NCBI GenBank assembly: GCA_965242695.1
Contig: CBDESU010000001.1
Coordinates: forward strand, 1,952,001-2,016,000
Source of the DNA: Cenarchaeum sp.
GTDB taxonomy: Archaea > Thermoproteota > Nitrososphaeria > Nitrososphaerales > Nitrosopumilaceae
Length of the DNA: 64,000 nt
Direction of reading: 5' to 3'
Shown: in pieces, positions 50,401 to 58,840 of the stretch
Layout: each line of letters begins with the position of its first letter
Position numbering within the stretch: the stretch's first letter is position 1
Notes under the pieces: generated by a model
Database searches by the model: none
Seen by the model: the letters and a program-made list of their open reading frames with translations, nothing else
Told to the model about the DNA's origin: nothing
Position numbers and translations under genes: made by a program

Positions 50401-53400
50401 AAGGACGGTGTCTGCGTACGTCCCGTCCGGAATGGTCACGACGGAGCCGGCCGACGCGGCGTCGATCATTTTCTGCAGGCCGGTGCGCGGCTGCGGGTCG
50501 ATCACATACACACTCGGCGTCCACTGGGGCGAGACGTAGACGGTCCCGTCGCCCCGGTCGACCGTCAGGCCGCGCATCTGGTCGGACAGCGACGACTCGC
50601 CGAGTATCGAGCCGTCGCTGGCGCGCAGCGCGTACACGGACGGCCTTACGCGGTCGTAGCTTACCGCGTACAGCACGCCGTTGCCCGCATCCAGGTCTAT
50701 GCCCTGGATGTCGCCGGGCAGTCCCTGCACCCTCTCGGGCGAGCGCGGCAGGCCCGTCTCGCCGTCGAGTTCGGTGCCGACGTCGTACCTGAGCAAGGTT
50801 CCGTTCTCGAACAGGACGTACAGCTTGTCGTGCTCGTCGTCCAGGATCATGTCGCTTGCCCAGACGTTGCGGTGCCCCTGATCTCGGTGGTTGTAGGTAT
50901 GGTGATCGCCGGTGCCGTTGACGATTGGGACAAAGTCGAGTATCTCGTAGTCGGGGGTGACCGTGCCGTCGCCGCCCTCGAACGAGACCGTCGCAATGCC
51001 CCACAGCGGGCTGCCGAACGTGCCCGTCCTGCCCACGACGTACGCCGAGTGGCTCGCGGTGGCGTTGGCGACCACCGCGCTCGGGTGCCCGATCGCCGTT
51101 GGGCTTGCCGTGTGGTCGTACGGGTGCCTCCCCTCGTGGAAGACCGCGGGGTGCAGCGAGCCGTTGTTCGTGTTGACGACCAGTATGGGGCTTGCATTCC
51201 TGTCGCGCACAATGTCGGGGCGGTGGCCCTCGGTCGATATGTATGCGGCGTGGTTTGTCGGGTCCAGGTCTATGGCGTACAGGTCGTACCGCTCGTTGAC
51301 CTCGCCGTGCCTGTTGGTGTGGTTTAGTGGAACCGACCATGCGATCTCCATGCTGTCCAGGTCGATCTTTGCCAGCGAGGCATGCGTGCCGTCGCTCTCG
51401 CCTTCGGGCCGCTGCTCGCCCAGGTCGTACGTGTGGTTGTACGCGTGTATGACGTACAGCGCGCGGCCGTCTACGTCGATCTCCATGGCTGGGATGCGGG
51501 GATAGTCTATGCCGACCGGCTCGAACCTCTTGGCCAGCGGGTACCCGTTGTCGGCGTCCAGATCGTACGCCAAGAGGGAGACGGCCTCGGGGCTCGCCGC
51601 CCCTACGAAGGGCTGGCTTGCCACGTATGCGATGCCCTGTACGTGGTCGATCCGGACGATCTCGGGCGAGATGTCGCCCGCCGTAAACGACCCCGTCGCG
51701 TGGTACGTGCACCTGTCCGCGTCCGCAGACGACGGGCACTGCGCGTCCTCGCCGTCCGGAACAGCCTGCGCCAATACGCTAGACCCCAGGTCCATGGCCC
51801 CCAGGACGGGAACGTCCGATGCGGCCGAATACCCGGGGAAGCTGTTGCCCGTCGCATCTAGCGTTCCCTGCGTTACATTGCTCCGGATCAGCACGCCGTT
51901 GTTGTCCGTACCGTTGTGCGCGTATACGACGTTGCTTCGGAACACGATGTTGGCGCCGTCAATGTTTGTGTCGGACGGTATGTTTCTGTTCCCCCCGCGC
52001 ACGAGCCCGTCGCTCTCGAACGCGCACACGCCGGTGCACACGGTAAAGGCCCCATCGCTGCCTCGTATGGTGTTTTCCTCTACCCTGATGTTCTCGCCGT
52101 TGGACCACACATTGATTGCGGCATCCGGCGCAGGCAGGCCGTCTCCGTACGTCGGGTGATCCTGGGGCGTGAGCGTGATGCGGAGGTGCAGCACTGCCGA
52201 GCCGAAGAAGCGCCAGTAGTCCGCATCGCCGCTGCCCTCGATGCCGGCAAGGTAGTCCAGATCGGGCTCGCTGTTGGCGTTGACGATGGTGTTGCGGAGG
52301 ACTTGGACGTCTCGGGGTCCGTGCGGCAGCCCGATTGCGCTCGCCGGCGTGTTTGCTATGTAGTTGTCGGATATCTCCATGTTGTCCGCGTTGAAGACGC
52401 GTATGCCGGCCGCGCTCGTGCCGTTGATGAAGTTGCCCGTAATCTGGCCGCTGATCGTGTTCTGGCCTGGGTGGTGCGACAGCCCTATGGCGCCGTGCAT
52501 GATCTGGAACTCGTTCTCGCCGCCCGTGTCGAGCGGCCCGGTCCAGCCGTGCGGCACCTTTAGTCCGATGTTCACGAACGTGTTGTCCCGGATGGCGATA
52601 TCGATCAGCTTGCCGTTGCCCTCCTTTTGTATTGCCGCGTGGCACGTGTCGCGGAAGACGTTGTTTTCTATAGTGACTCGCTCCCTCGAGACGCCGCCGT
52701 GCGTCCTGATCTCTACGAGCGACCCGCCAAAGCCCGGCATGCAGTCCGTGTTTTCGAACGAGAGGCCCCTGACGGTCACGTCGTCTGCCTCTATCTCGAT
52801 GCGCGAGTACCCAGTGAACTTTGCGGCGCCCGGCTGCCCGGATGCCGTCTCCAAGGTAAGGGACTTGTTGATGTCGAGGACCGTATTGTCGTAGATGCCC
52901 GGCTCGACCGTGATCGTATCGCCGTCGGATGCGGCGTCTATCCTCTTTTGGAGGTCAGTCTTTGGCTCGCCTGCGATGACGTACGCGCCAAGCGCCCACT
53001 GCGGCAGCACGTACACATCCCCGCTGGACGAGTCGATCCCCATCTCCATGGTCTGGCTCGTCGTAGATGCGACGCCCACGCGTACATGCGTCTCCGAGTT
53101 CAGCACGATCACGCGCGGGTCGGTCCAGTCGTACAGCGAGGCGTACAGCAGGCCCCTCTGGGAGTCAAGGGCAATGTCATGGATGGTGCGATCCGCAGAC
53201 CTGCCCGTCTCGTCGGGCGTCCTGACGTGCACTTCCTCTATGCTCTCGGGGAGACCATTCACGTCAAGCGGTGCGGCCCACACTGTATGGTTCTCGTACA
53301 GGGCAAACAGCTTGTTGTTCAGCCTGTCGAGGTGTAGGGCCTCGATGCGCGCGTCGGATGCGCCCCTGCCGCCGGTGCCGCCGCCGCTGTTATCACAGGC

Positions 53401-54393
53401 AAAGACGTAGTAGCCGTAGCCGCATGACGGAAACGGATCGGACAGCGCCTGCGACGACACGTTCAGAAAGCCAGCCCGCGTATAGCGGGCCGTCGCATGG
53501 CCGTCTTCGCCCGTAAAGTTGAGTGCGGCAATGCCCCACGAGGCGCGTCTTTCGTCAATCTTGTCGCCCACGACGACGCCTGCGTACACGAGGCCCGAGT
53601 CCTCGTCGACCGTCAGGGCCATCGATATTGTGCCAACGGCATGCGCATTCCACCCGTCGGATCCGCTGTTGGTTCCAGTGCGGTTCGCCACGGCGGGCAA
53701 CAGCGTCGTTGTGTTTGTGTCGACGACCAGTATGGGCGCGCGCTCGGCTCCAATGTACGCCAAGTCGCGCCCCCTGTCGAGTGCAATGTCGTGTATCCAG
53801 AACCTGTCCGTGTCCCACAGCAACACATCGCTAGGCACGGGAACAGTCTCGTTGTAGTATAGGCGGATCGTCTTTGAGATCTCGTGGGTCTCTAGGTCTA
53901 TCGTGGTCAAGTTGGCCCTGCCTTGGGCGTCCCAGTTTAGCTCTGTCCACCCCTCCGAGCGGTCGCCCAGGCCCCACAGGTGCACCACATGGAGCTCGTT
54001 AGTCCGGTCGTTGATCTCAAAGCCGGCGATGCGGGTGTTGTACCCGATGTCGAACTTGAACTCTGCGATCGGCAGGTACCCGTTGGCAGAGCTGTTGTAC
54101 GCGTTGAGGTACGAATAGTTGAGGTCCCTCGAGCCCTGAATCGGATTGGTGGCGACGTATACGTACCCCGTGTCCGGGTCAGCTCGTATCTCGGCGGGCC
54201 ATATGTCCCGTATTGCGAGTGCCTCCGTGACGTGGTACACGCACTCGTCGCCGGCTGCCGCCGACGGGCATTCGGGCGCGCCGTCGGCAGACTGCGCGGA
54301 CGCCTCGCCTGCAAGGTGTCCTGGCGCCGCCAAGGCCGCGGCGGCCAGCGCCACCACGGCCACGACCGCCGCCACGCTGAAGCGCAGAGACAT
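44443..54393 (-). CDS. Giant (~3300 aa) exported mosaic protein: 2x beta-propeller plus parallel beta-helix, Ig-like repeats, third beta-helix, periplasmic-binding-like region with Cache-like insert
   Basis: Signal peptide MSLRFSVAAVV; internal repeats FTGYSRI, DTCHAA, NTIVNAN; FEYTV Ig-like repeats; YPFATNRNGTLVAHG..WTYEFANP Cache-like segment. Confidence 0.85.
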   Translation of the reverse strand: MSLRFSVAAVVAVVALAAAALAAPGHLAGEASAQSADGAPECPSAAAGDECVYHVTEALAIRDIWPAEIRADPDTGYVYVATNPIQGSRDLNYSYLNAYNSSANGYLPIAEFKFDIGYNTRIAGFEINDRTNELHVVHLWGLGDRSEGWTELNWDAQGRANLTTIDLETHEISKTIRLYYNETVPVPSDVLLWDTDRFWIHDIALDRGRDLAYIGAERAPILVVDTNTTTLLPAVANRTGTNSGSDGWNAHAVGTISMALTVDEDSGLVYAGVVVGDKIDERRASWGIAALNFTGEDGHATARYTRAGFLNVSSQALSDPFPSCGYGYYVFACDNSGGGTGGRGASDARIEALHLDRLNNKLFALYENHTVWAAPLDVNGLPESIEEVHVRTPDETGRSADRTIHDIALDSQRGLLYASLYDWTDPRVIVLNSETHVRVGVASTTSQTMEMGIDSSSGDVYVLPQWALGAYVIAGEPKTDLQKRIDAASDGDTITVEPGIYDNTVLDINKSLTLETASGQPGAAKFTGYSRIEIEADDVTVRGLSFENTDCMPGFGGSLVEIRTHGGVSRERVTIENNVFRDTCHAAIQKEGNGKLIDIAIRDNTFVNIGLKVPHGWTGPLDTGGENEFQIMHGAIGLSHHPGQNTISGQITGNFINGTSAAGIRVFNADNMEISDNYIANTPASAIGLPHGPRDVQVLRNTIVNANSEPDLDYLAGIEGSGDADYWRFFGSAVLHLRITLTPQDHPTYGDGLPAPDAAINVWSNGENIRVEENTIRGSDGAFTVCTGVCAFESDGLVRGGNRNIPSDTNIDGANIVFRSNVVYAHNGTDNNGVLIRSNVTQGTLDATGNSFPGYSAASDVPVLGAMDLGSSVLAQAVPDGEDAQCPSSADADRCTYHATGSFTAGDISPEIVRIDHVQGIAYVASQPFVGAASPEAVSLLAYDLDADNGYPLAKRFEPVGIDYPRIPAMEIDVDGRALYVIHAYNHTYDLGEQRPEGESDGTHASLAKIDLDSMEIAWSVPLNHTNRHGEVNERYDLYAIDLDPTNHAAYISTEGHRPDIVRDRNASPILVVNTNNGSLHPAVFHEGRHPYDHTASPTAIGHPSAVVANATASHSAYVVGRTGTFGSPLWGIATVSFEGGDGTVTPDYEILDFVPIVNGTGDHHTYNHRDQGHRNVWASDMILDDEHDKLYVLFENGTLLRYDVGTELDGETGLPRSPERVQGLPGDIQGIDLDAGNGVLYAVSYDRVRPSVYALRASDGSILGESSLSDQMRGLTVDRGDGTVYVSPQWTPSVYVIDPQPRTGLQKMIDAASAGSVVTIPDGTYADTVLVINKSLTLTSTTGEAGPATFTGYSRIQVESSGVTIRGLSFEDTDCMPGLPYNHIGIHNRIKLENIVIEDNRFADTCHAAVQTKGGKGLENAKVRFNELANVGTKIAPGKTEPLNTGGEDEWLYTHGGIGLSFHPGQDEVRNADISYNDIRRTSSAGIRVFNPDDVRIVGNTIQNTPEAGIALAHNKNYDESDVLIRANTIVNANTEPDMDYLDGVEGSGELSYYGAIGLDGKSLGGNITRPHYEKPTPSAAIKVWANLEGVTATDNAIRGSGGAFVACAGTCATESDGVIHSGPDNRDRWKVRNILLPAYDDGGFGSYSINVTANNFAFNWNAISGDNGLNGADLIANNATGVLDATNNYYPGMIAPEQIRSPDTVDYSTTARSIASVSPIPSPGVQGIGDAVGIAATFSKDTVVNTLHGKPSLLLSTGSATGTGTAVYRGASGNTLSFEYTVREDDRLGPDMLVRMDLNGALIDAEPNPDAVLELPAIGRVPAIDSVRPYVVNITTTTPAGSYYPGSAIEIIAAFSEDVVVAGGTPTLPLATDLPGSAASYSGGNGTSRIAFEYTVQGGDTADPLTNTATDLILAGGASIRDMAGNDAAPGLPGAGTGASLAETSGGRIVILDRDTTETAAEAAFSARNTIRIDYTAPLGPPSGYTGDVYGTIELSDGTTASPTDVDGLGTATHTVRFGGPGVSRSDTGTIALNTDLEGRSAGGTPQTFTDDTIPVRAGTFAVTVAPTGDAPVVAIERDGFVRQVDVVDGGETVRPAVNVSSLAEMPLEENGTNTVRLPGTDTVAIVASFAEVHFPPNVTATMVPADGLLELYVSPDRPTVQEVAEALGDAAPSGLEVLQVVEVGDSETRIVFDLPVRIVLDGQAGGSAFYVNTSDGSVVPIAAVCEADDTAAVHAQLGGSGECQRDSGGDKVIHTYHLTKFGTARAASALEAMVSSAPPGGTVQVQPGEYRAEVLIVDKPLTIEAADPDDRPVFTGYSHIIVEPSAAGPITIRNLAFMNTSHTSGAGGLASITVLSKTGSAAGAAPVTIEGNTFRDTCDSGIRAAADAGAPPIADLTISGNRFYDIGSNSAGCMSPSAPDRADAIVAGRHGPFTAGTTELANATIRDNYIFGTTYTGMRVAGADGLVIEGNHIEGVPDDGIRILPSRNVDVRSNTIIGANAAPHMPPDGAPAHDGLAGAAIEVWSGSDDVVVALNRISGSAGALSVCAGTCDPGADAADGTGGDPVAVGAAPLGSPDGANDVRFSHNTIDATNTAPLVANSAGGTLAARSNYYPGHAASVAAGTGIAATPGASVEYAPAIDDGGPVRVGVVVADAPGSPVRSIDAAAAVGFAAGAEAYNEGQARMGGLVGIEPVPYTVASPDLADSDAHTAALEALRTGANDDERMRPVLENSIARAIALYDGNATGGLEAISAMGAEYGHYPFATNRNGTLVAHGANPSLVGRADVVLGIAGGADGLRALYDFDDGTASEGIEGYPEARWKWWTYEFANPAAGGEMQSKRSIIVLHNGPDGVAGTADDLVFGAGHYPPGAPSHLLVAAGDAAAAADPTGGSGTVVSPTSTADVPALAAADSLFRLAPPDGTAAGVLAGLLGGDTSRVVVLNDSASLQSMSMAAALASPSSDASAGGRTVQVVSYDSASEDEGWAGAAMEAVNAAVDGGGTLANSTAVVYTGRAGAFAALAGTPAAGSASPGANWYATGELARAELGMPPPGLARATGLAVMSQHAAPSDVVDARLMAAMSSVVLDDSTRGPAYAAYDAAFLLGRSIAAAGSTAPRDAAPSDVSANMAEAARKYAGSALGGRIILDANGDLAMPARYSVSAVGADGSWSRIGEPREGAGTCSIDLEKAATDFGPLMPGQRSRADTQTVLNTGTTAYGDAGVSVSAGMWEHRPAAAANATAQPSTALDRGLTMYRMVQGAGAEYAGLGASTALSGSSLGPGEEIAVQFVVDLSSMPALAAGTMSQTLEYSVSCN

Positions 54394-54420
54394 GGGCCCG
54401 CCTGCCGCGGTCACCGCTTA

Positions 54421-54708
54421 CCCCCCCCCCCCAGCTCATTCGGCGCCATGTTGAGATGGATGGGCATCCGCCCGTATTGCCAGAGCATTGACGGGCCGGC
54501 GGCGCCGACAATGGGTATATGAGGGTTAAGCCCCCCCCCCCGCTCGAAAGTCCCGGCTTGTACTGTGCAGGACGGCGGCGCGGGCCAAGTGCAGTCCGCC
54601 GTGCCGCCATTCCATTGATCTGCAGGGGCGCACCGGACGGCCGAGGGAGAAGGCAGGCGCCGGAGTGCAGCGTGCGCGTCACATGCAGCGCCATGACCCC
54701 CCCCCCCC
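54421..54708. repeat. Three poly-C tracts (C12 at 54421, C11 at 54531, C12 at 54697) upstream of the giant gene
   Basis: Read directly. Confidence 0.85.
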
Positions 54709-54794
54709 TGCTCCCCCGCCGCGCCAGCCGCCCCGCACAACCCCGGCCGCCGCCCTGCAACGGTTAAATTCGGCGCTCCGGCGGCCGCTCCAAA

Positions 54795-55157
54795 ATGCCC
54801 GATCCCGATCCGCACAACTACCGGAAGGTCGGCTACGCCATGATCACCGTGGCGGCATCCCTCACGGCCATAGCCCTAGTCGGCCTGGCCATAGGCGAGG
54901 ACGTCCTGTACGCAGACAAGATACAGAGGGCAAAGACGGCGCACTTTGAGGAGTGCAAGGAGACGGGCTTTGCCGCCGAGAGCTGCCAGCCGTACGAGAT
55001 ACACATGAAGTTCGAGGAGTGCGTGGCCGACAGGTCGCTCGACGACGAGGAGTGCTACAAGTACAGGACATGGGTAGAGGCAGAGATATTCGAGGAGTGC
55101 AGGGTCGGCGACGCCGGCGACAGCCCGCTGTGCGCAAAGTACGAGGGGCTGTACTGA
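54795..55157 (+). CDS. Membrane-anchored Cys-containing hypothetical protein
   Basis: One TM segment followed by three FEEC repeats; TTAAAT upstream. Confidence 0.75.
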   Translation: MPDPDPHNYRKVGYAMITVAASLTAIALVGLAIGEDVLYADKIQRAKTAHFEECKETGFAAESCQPYEIHMKFEECVADRSLDDEECYKYRTWVEAEIFEECRVGDAGDSPLCAKYEGLY

Positions 55158-55182
55158 CGGGCGCGCGCCCCGCCGTGGGCGG

Positions 55183-56424
55183 TCAAAACCCGCATGCGTG
55201 CGGGTCGGCCGGCTTTACGATCTCGCGCATGACGACCGTCGCGTACGAGCCGCGGCCGAGGGTGAACGAGACCGTGTCGGCGGCCGGCGACTCGACACCC
55301 GAGCACGACACGGCCGCCGAGCGCAGGCCCCCCTCCAGCGCGATCTCGGGCATGCCCTTGGCAAGAAAGCCGCGCGGTGCCATCCCGTCGCCTGCCATTG
55401 CATCCAGAACGGCCACCTCGAAGCGGGTCTTTTTGTAGTGGGTGTATCCGGCCAGCGGAATGGCCGGCACGGCTGAGGCGTCCGGCGCCGAGGAGAGCCG
55501 GTGCGGCTCGCCGTCGGGCCCGTACGAGACGTCGCCGGCGCGCGCCTCGAAGATGTCCCCGCCGGCGGCAAGTAGCGAGCTGGCCGCCGCATTGAACAGG
55601 TACGACTGGTACGCCTGCGCAAGGAACCGGCGCATCGCGGTCGGCACGGCGGCAAGAGCCCTGCGGGCGTCGCCGTGCCGGATCATCCCGTCCAGGACGG
55701 CGCGCTCGAGGTCCATGCCGCGCGGCAGCTCTTTTGCCGCCCGGGTATAGTTTGCCGGATCGGCCATCATGCGCCGCAGCTCGGCGCGCTCGGGATCGTC
55801 GTACGGCGACTCGAATGAGAGCAGGAGCGACACGGCCGTATCGTACTCGCCGAGCAAAAGGGCCCTGCCGATCAGGTGGGATACGGGGCGCGCCGAGCCG
55901 AACCGCTGGTACCCGTAGTAGTTGGCGATTCGCCCGTACGCGCCAAACGCGCCGACCGAACCCGATGCGCCGTCGACCCGTATCGTAAAGCGGTTGCCGA
56001 CCATGTCGGGGCCCGCAAGCGGGCGCGGAGAGTAGCCGACCAGTTCGAGCTCGACGGGCCCCGCCTCGATGCGCGCCGGGCGCGGCCCCCTCCTGCCCGC
56101 CGAGTACACATACTGCGACGTCTCGGCGGCCGCATCCTTTAGTCCGAGCGCCCTGAGGCGCAGGCCCGACCTTGCGCGCACCCTGGCCAGGGCGTGGGTC
56201 GTGTCTATGCCCCTCTTTCGCATGATGTACACGGCATGGCCCCCGCCGCCGCCCTTTTCTCCCCCTCCCGACTCGGGCGCAGATATCATCGACAGGGCGG
56301 CCGGGCGGAGCTCCTCGGCCACGGCAAAGTCGCCCGGCGACCGGCGCAGCGACCCGCCCGTGCCCGCGCCGGCCGTGCTGTACGCGAGCATGCCGATGCG
56401 CCGGTCCGCGTCCGGGGGGTCCAC
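55183..56424 (-). CDS. truD: tRNA pseudouridine(13) synthase TruD
   Basis: DFAVAE, GLKDA, GNRFTI, NYYGYQRFG, QAYQSYLFN, GSYATVVMRE. Confidence 0.95.
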   Translation of the reverse strand: MDPPDADRRIGMLAYSTAGAGTGGSLRRSPGDFAVAEELRPAALSMISAPESGGGEKGGGGGHAVYIMRKRGIDTTHALARVRARSGLRLRALGLKDAAAETSQYVYSAGRRGPRPARIEAGPVELELVGYSPRPLAGPDMVGNRFTIRVDGASGSVGAFGAYGRIANYYGYQRFGSARPVSHLIGRALLLGEYDTAVSLLLSFESPYDDPERAELRRMMADPANYTRAAKELPRGMDLERAVLDGMIRHGDARRALAAVPTAMRRFLAQAYQSYLFNAAASSLLAAGGDIFEARAGDVSYGPDGEPHRLSSAPDASAVPAIPLAGYTHYKKTRFEVAVLDAMAGDGMAPRGFLAKGMPEIALEGGLRSAAVSCSGVESPAADTVSFTLGRGSYATVVMREIVKPADPHACGF

Positions 56425-56470
56425 GGCGGCGGCCCGGCCGGCGCGCCAATAAAGGTAGGGAGGGCGGCGC

Positions 56471-57259
56471 CTACGGCCCCCCGGCCTCGCCGCCTCCCTT
56501 GCCGGCCCCCTCGTCGGGCAGCATTACCGATATGACGGTCGGGTTCGACGATGCCGATATCGAGCCGCCGTGCAGCTCGGCGGCCAGGCGGCAGTACGGA
56601 AGGCCCATCCCCGTGCCCGTCGCCTTTGTCGTGAACGCCGTCTCGAACGCCCTCTCCAGCGCGCCCGGCGGTATTCCCGGGCCGCCGTCGCGCACGCGCA
56701 CGACGGTGCCGCCGGCGAGCCTCTCGGCCGAGACGCGGACGGAGCCGCGGCCGCCCATCGCGTCTGCCGCGTTCGTCATCAGGTTGACCAGGACCATGCG
56801 GAGCATGCCGGGGTCGCAGTACACCTCGGCGTCGGGGTCGGGCCCCTCGATGCGGACTGCCGACGGGAGGCGCGCCGACGAGGCGGCGTCGGCGAGCAGC
56901 CTGGACAGCATGATGCGCCCCCTCACTGGGCTCCGGCTGCGCACCCGCTCGGCCATCTCGTCGATGCGGTTGCGCTCGCGCAGGCGCGACGCCCGGTCGT
57001 ACTTGCGCTTCATGGCCAAGATGGCGCCCATGAGCGCGATGGCCGCCACGTTGGTGCCGACCACGTACATGTCGCCCGTCTCCATTCCGTACGCGATCCA
57101 CAGGCAGGCTCCGGCCAGGATCGTCACGAGCAGGTACTTTGAGACGTCGCGGAGGCGCTTTGTCCTGTACCCGTGGAATATCTGGTGCGCCCACCCCGAC
57201 AGTATGAGTATGCCGGCGAGCACGCCGACTAGCGTGAGGGCCGCCCCTTCCAGTGCCAC
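56471..57259 (-). CDS. SemiSWEET/PQ-loop membrane domain fused to an HATPase_c (histidine-kinase-like ATPase) domain
   Basis: 3 TM with QI..YRTK..RDVS..LWIAYG..N; then NLMTNAADA, DGGPGI, FTTK, GTGMGL. Confidence 0.8.
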   Translation of the reverse strand: MALEGAALTLVGVLAGILILSGWAHQIFHGYRTKRLRDVSKYLLVTILAGACLWIAYGMETGDMYVVGTNVAAIALMGAILAMKRKYDRASRLRERNRIDEMAERVRSRSPVRGRIMLSRLLADAASSARLPSAVRIEGPDPDAEVYCDPGMLRMVLVNLMTNAADAMGGRGSVRVSAERLAGGTVVRVRDGGPGIPPGALERAFETAFTTKATGTGMGLPYCRLAAELHGGSISASSNPTVISVMLPDEGAGKGGGEAGGP

Positions 57260-57772
57260 CGCGAGGGGCGGGGTGGCGCGACTAATATGCCGTGTGCGGG
57301 CTGTGAGGAGGCAGTGGACGGGGCGGACCGGCAGCCGGGCCCGGAGGCATACGCAGCGCCGGGCGGCGCCCTGCCCAGAGCAAGGCGTTCTTGGGGACAT
57401 GGACTGGGGGCCAGGCACGGACGCCCCAAGCGCCGCCGTTGGCGGCTGCGCGAAGCGGCCGCGCGGCAGCATTACCCTCTAGGCATCCCTGTACCGCCGC
57501 CCGGCCCGCCCTTGGCAGGCCCCCCTAGGGCGCAGCCTGCGCCCACGGGGCTGTCCCGCCAGTCTCGGGGTACGTTTCTGTAGGGGGTGCAGGGCGTTGG
57601 CATGCGGCACGATGTCACGCCCCGCGCATCGTGCACAGGGGTGCCTCAAGGCCAAGATCCGCCCGGCCCGCGATCGCCCGCTCGGTCGCGCCGCATCGAA
57701 AGCCCGCGTTGTTGGCTCGGGCGGCCGGCGAACGGCTTATATTGCCCGCATCGTTGCGCATCTTGAGTCGCC

Positions 57773-58840
57773 ATGTCGAAGCAAGAGTGCGCAGAGTTGC
57801 TGTACGACGGGGGCGTGGGGCTGAAGGGCATCGTCAGGGCCGCCGACGAGGCGGTCCCCATGGGCGGCGCAAGGATCAACGCGGTGGTGCTCCACTCGCG
57901 CAAGGATCCCGCTAAAGAGGTCACCGAGTGGGCCCCCGACGGCAGGTGCCCCGACGTGTCCCGCAGGAGAGGCAAGGCTGTGCTGACGCTCAACGGGCGG
58001 GGCGTCGACCCCGTCCGCATCGCGGTAGTGAAGAGCGACCGCGATCCGAATGTGTACTATGCGCTGAGCGACTGCCCATCCACAGACTTTAAGGGTCGGT
58101 TTGTGTCGCTGCTCGACGACCACGTCCCGACGATCACAAGGATGCACCTCTCAAACGCGGAGATTCGCAGTATCATAGGGGCGGCTGCCGAAGGCCGCGA
58201 CGTGCGGGTCAGGCTCGTGTCGAGCAGGTCCAGGCGCCGCGGCCGCAACGGGTTCGACTCGCGCGTGGATCGCATTGACGAACCGGCCGAAAGGTTCGCC
58301 GGCGCGGCCGGCGAAGGGAGCCGTGAGATCATGGCGGTGGAGCTTGCCTGCAGGCTCCGCGGCCAGGACGGCGGCAGCTCCGGGATGCTGACCGTATCTA
58401 GGGACGGTCGTTTTTCGGCCAGGCGCGGTGTGGGAGTCCTGTTCGGCGCAATTCTCCCGCGTGCCGCCGACCTGGCCGCCGGCAGGGCCGAAGTGTTGCT
58501 GGCATGTGCCAAGACGGCGAACCGGAAAATCTCTGATCAGTTGATCGTGAGGTTCAAGGAGCATGTGTTTGCCGACCGTGGCAAGAACCGCGCCCACATC
58601 GACGCGATCGGGGCCATGTCCCATACCGTGCTTGTCGACCACCGTGCGGACCCGTCCATACACATGTCGCTGGTAGACTACGGCGACTGCTCGGCGTACG
58701 GCATATGGGTGGTGGCAAACGACGAGATTACGATCATACCGAGCCTTTTTGCGAGCGACGCGTCCATGTCAAGGCTGGTCAACCACGTAATGGAAAAATT
58801 CGGCGATGCCACAGTCGAAATGTACAACGGTGGGCCGTAG
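57773..58840 (+). CDS. Uncharacterised 355-aa protein, partner of the PD-(D/E)xK-like gene
   Basis: CTTATAT upstream; its stop overlaps the GTG of the next gene. Confidence 0.8.
   Translation: MSKQECAELLYDGGVGLKGIVRAADEAVPMGGARINAVVLHSRKDPAKEVTEWAPDGRCPDVSRRRGKAVLTLNGRGVDPVRIAVVKSDRDPNVYYALSDCPSTDFKGRFVSLLDDHVPTITRMHLSNAEIRSIIGAAAEGRDVRVRLVSSRSRRRGRNGFDSRVDRIDEPAERFAGAAGEGSREIMAVELACRLRGQDGGSSGMLTVSRDGRFSARRGVGVLFGAILPRAADLAAGRAEVLLACAKTANRKISDQLIVRFKEHVFADRGKNRAHIDAIGAMSHTVLVDHRADPSIHMSLVDYGDCSAYGIWVVANDEITIIPSLFASDASMSRLVNHVMEKFGDATVEMYNGGP

Noticed and set aside
57287-57583. 98-aa ORF beginning MPCAGC
   Set aside because: Low complexity after the first residues and no recognisable domain; cannot support it as a gene
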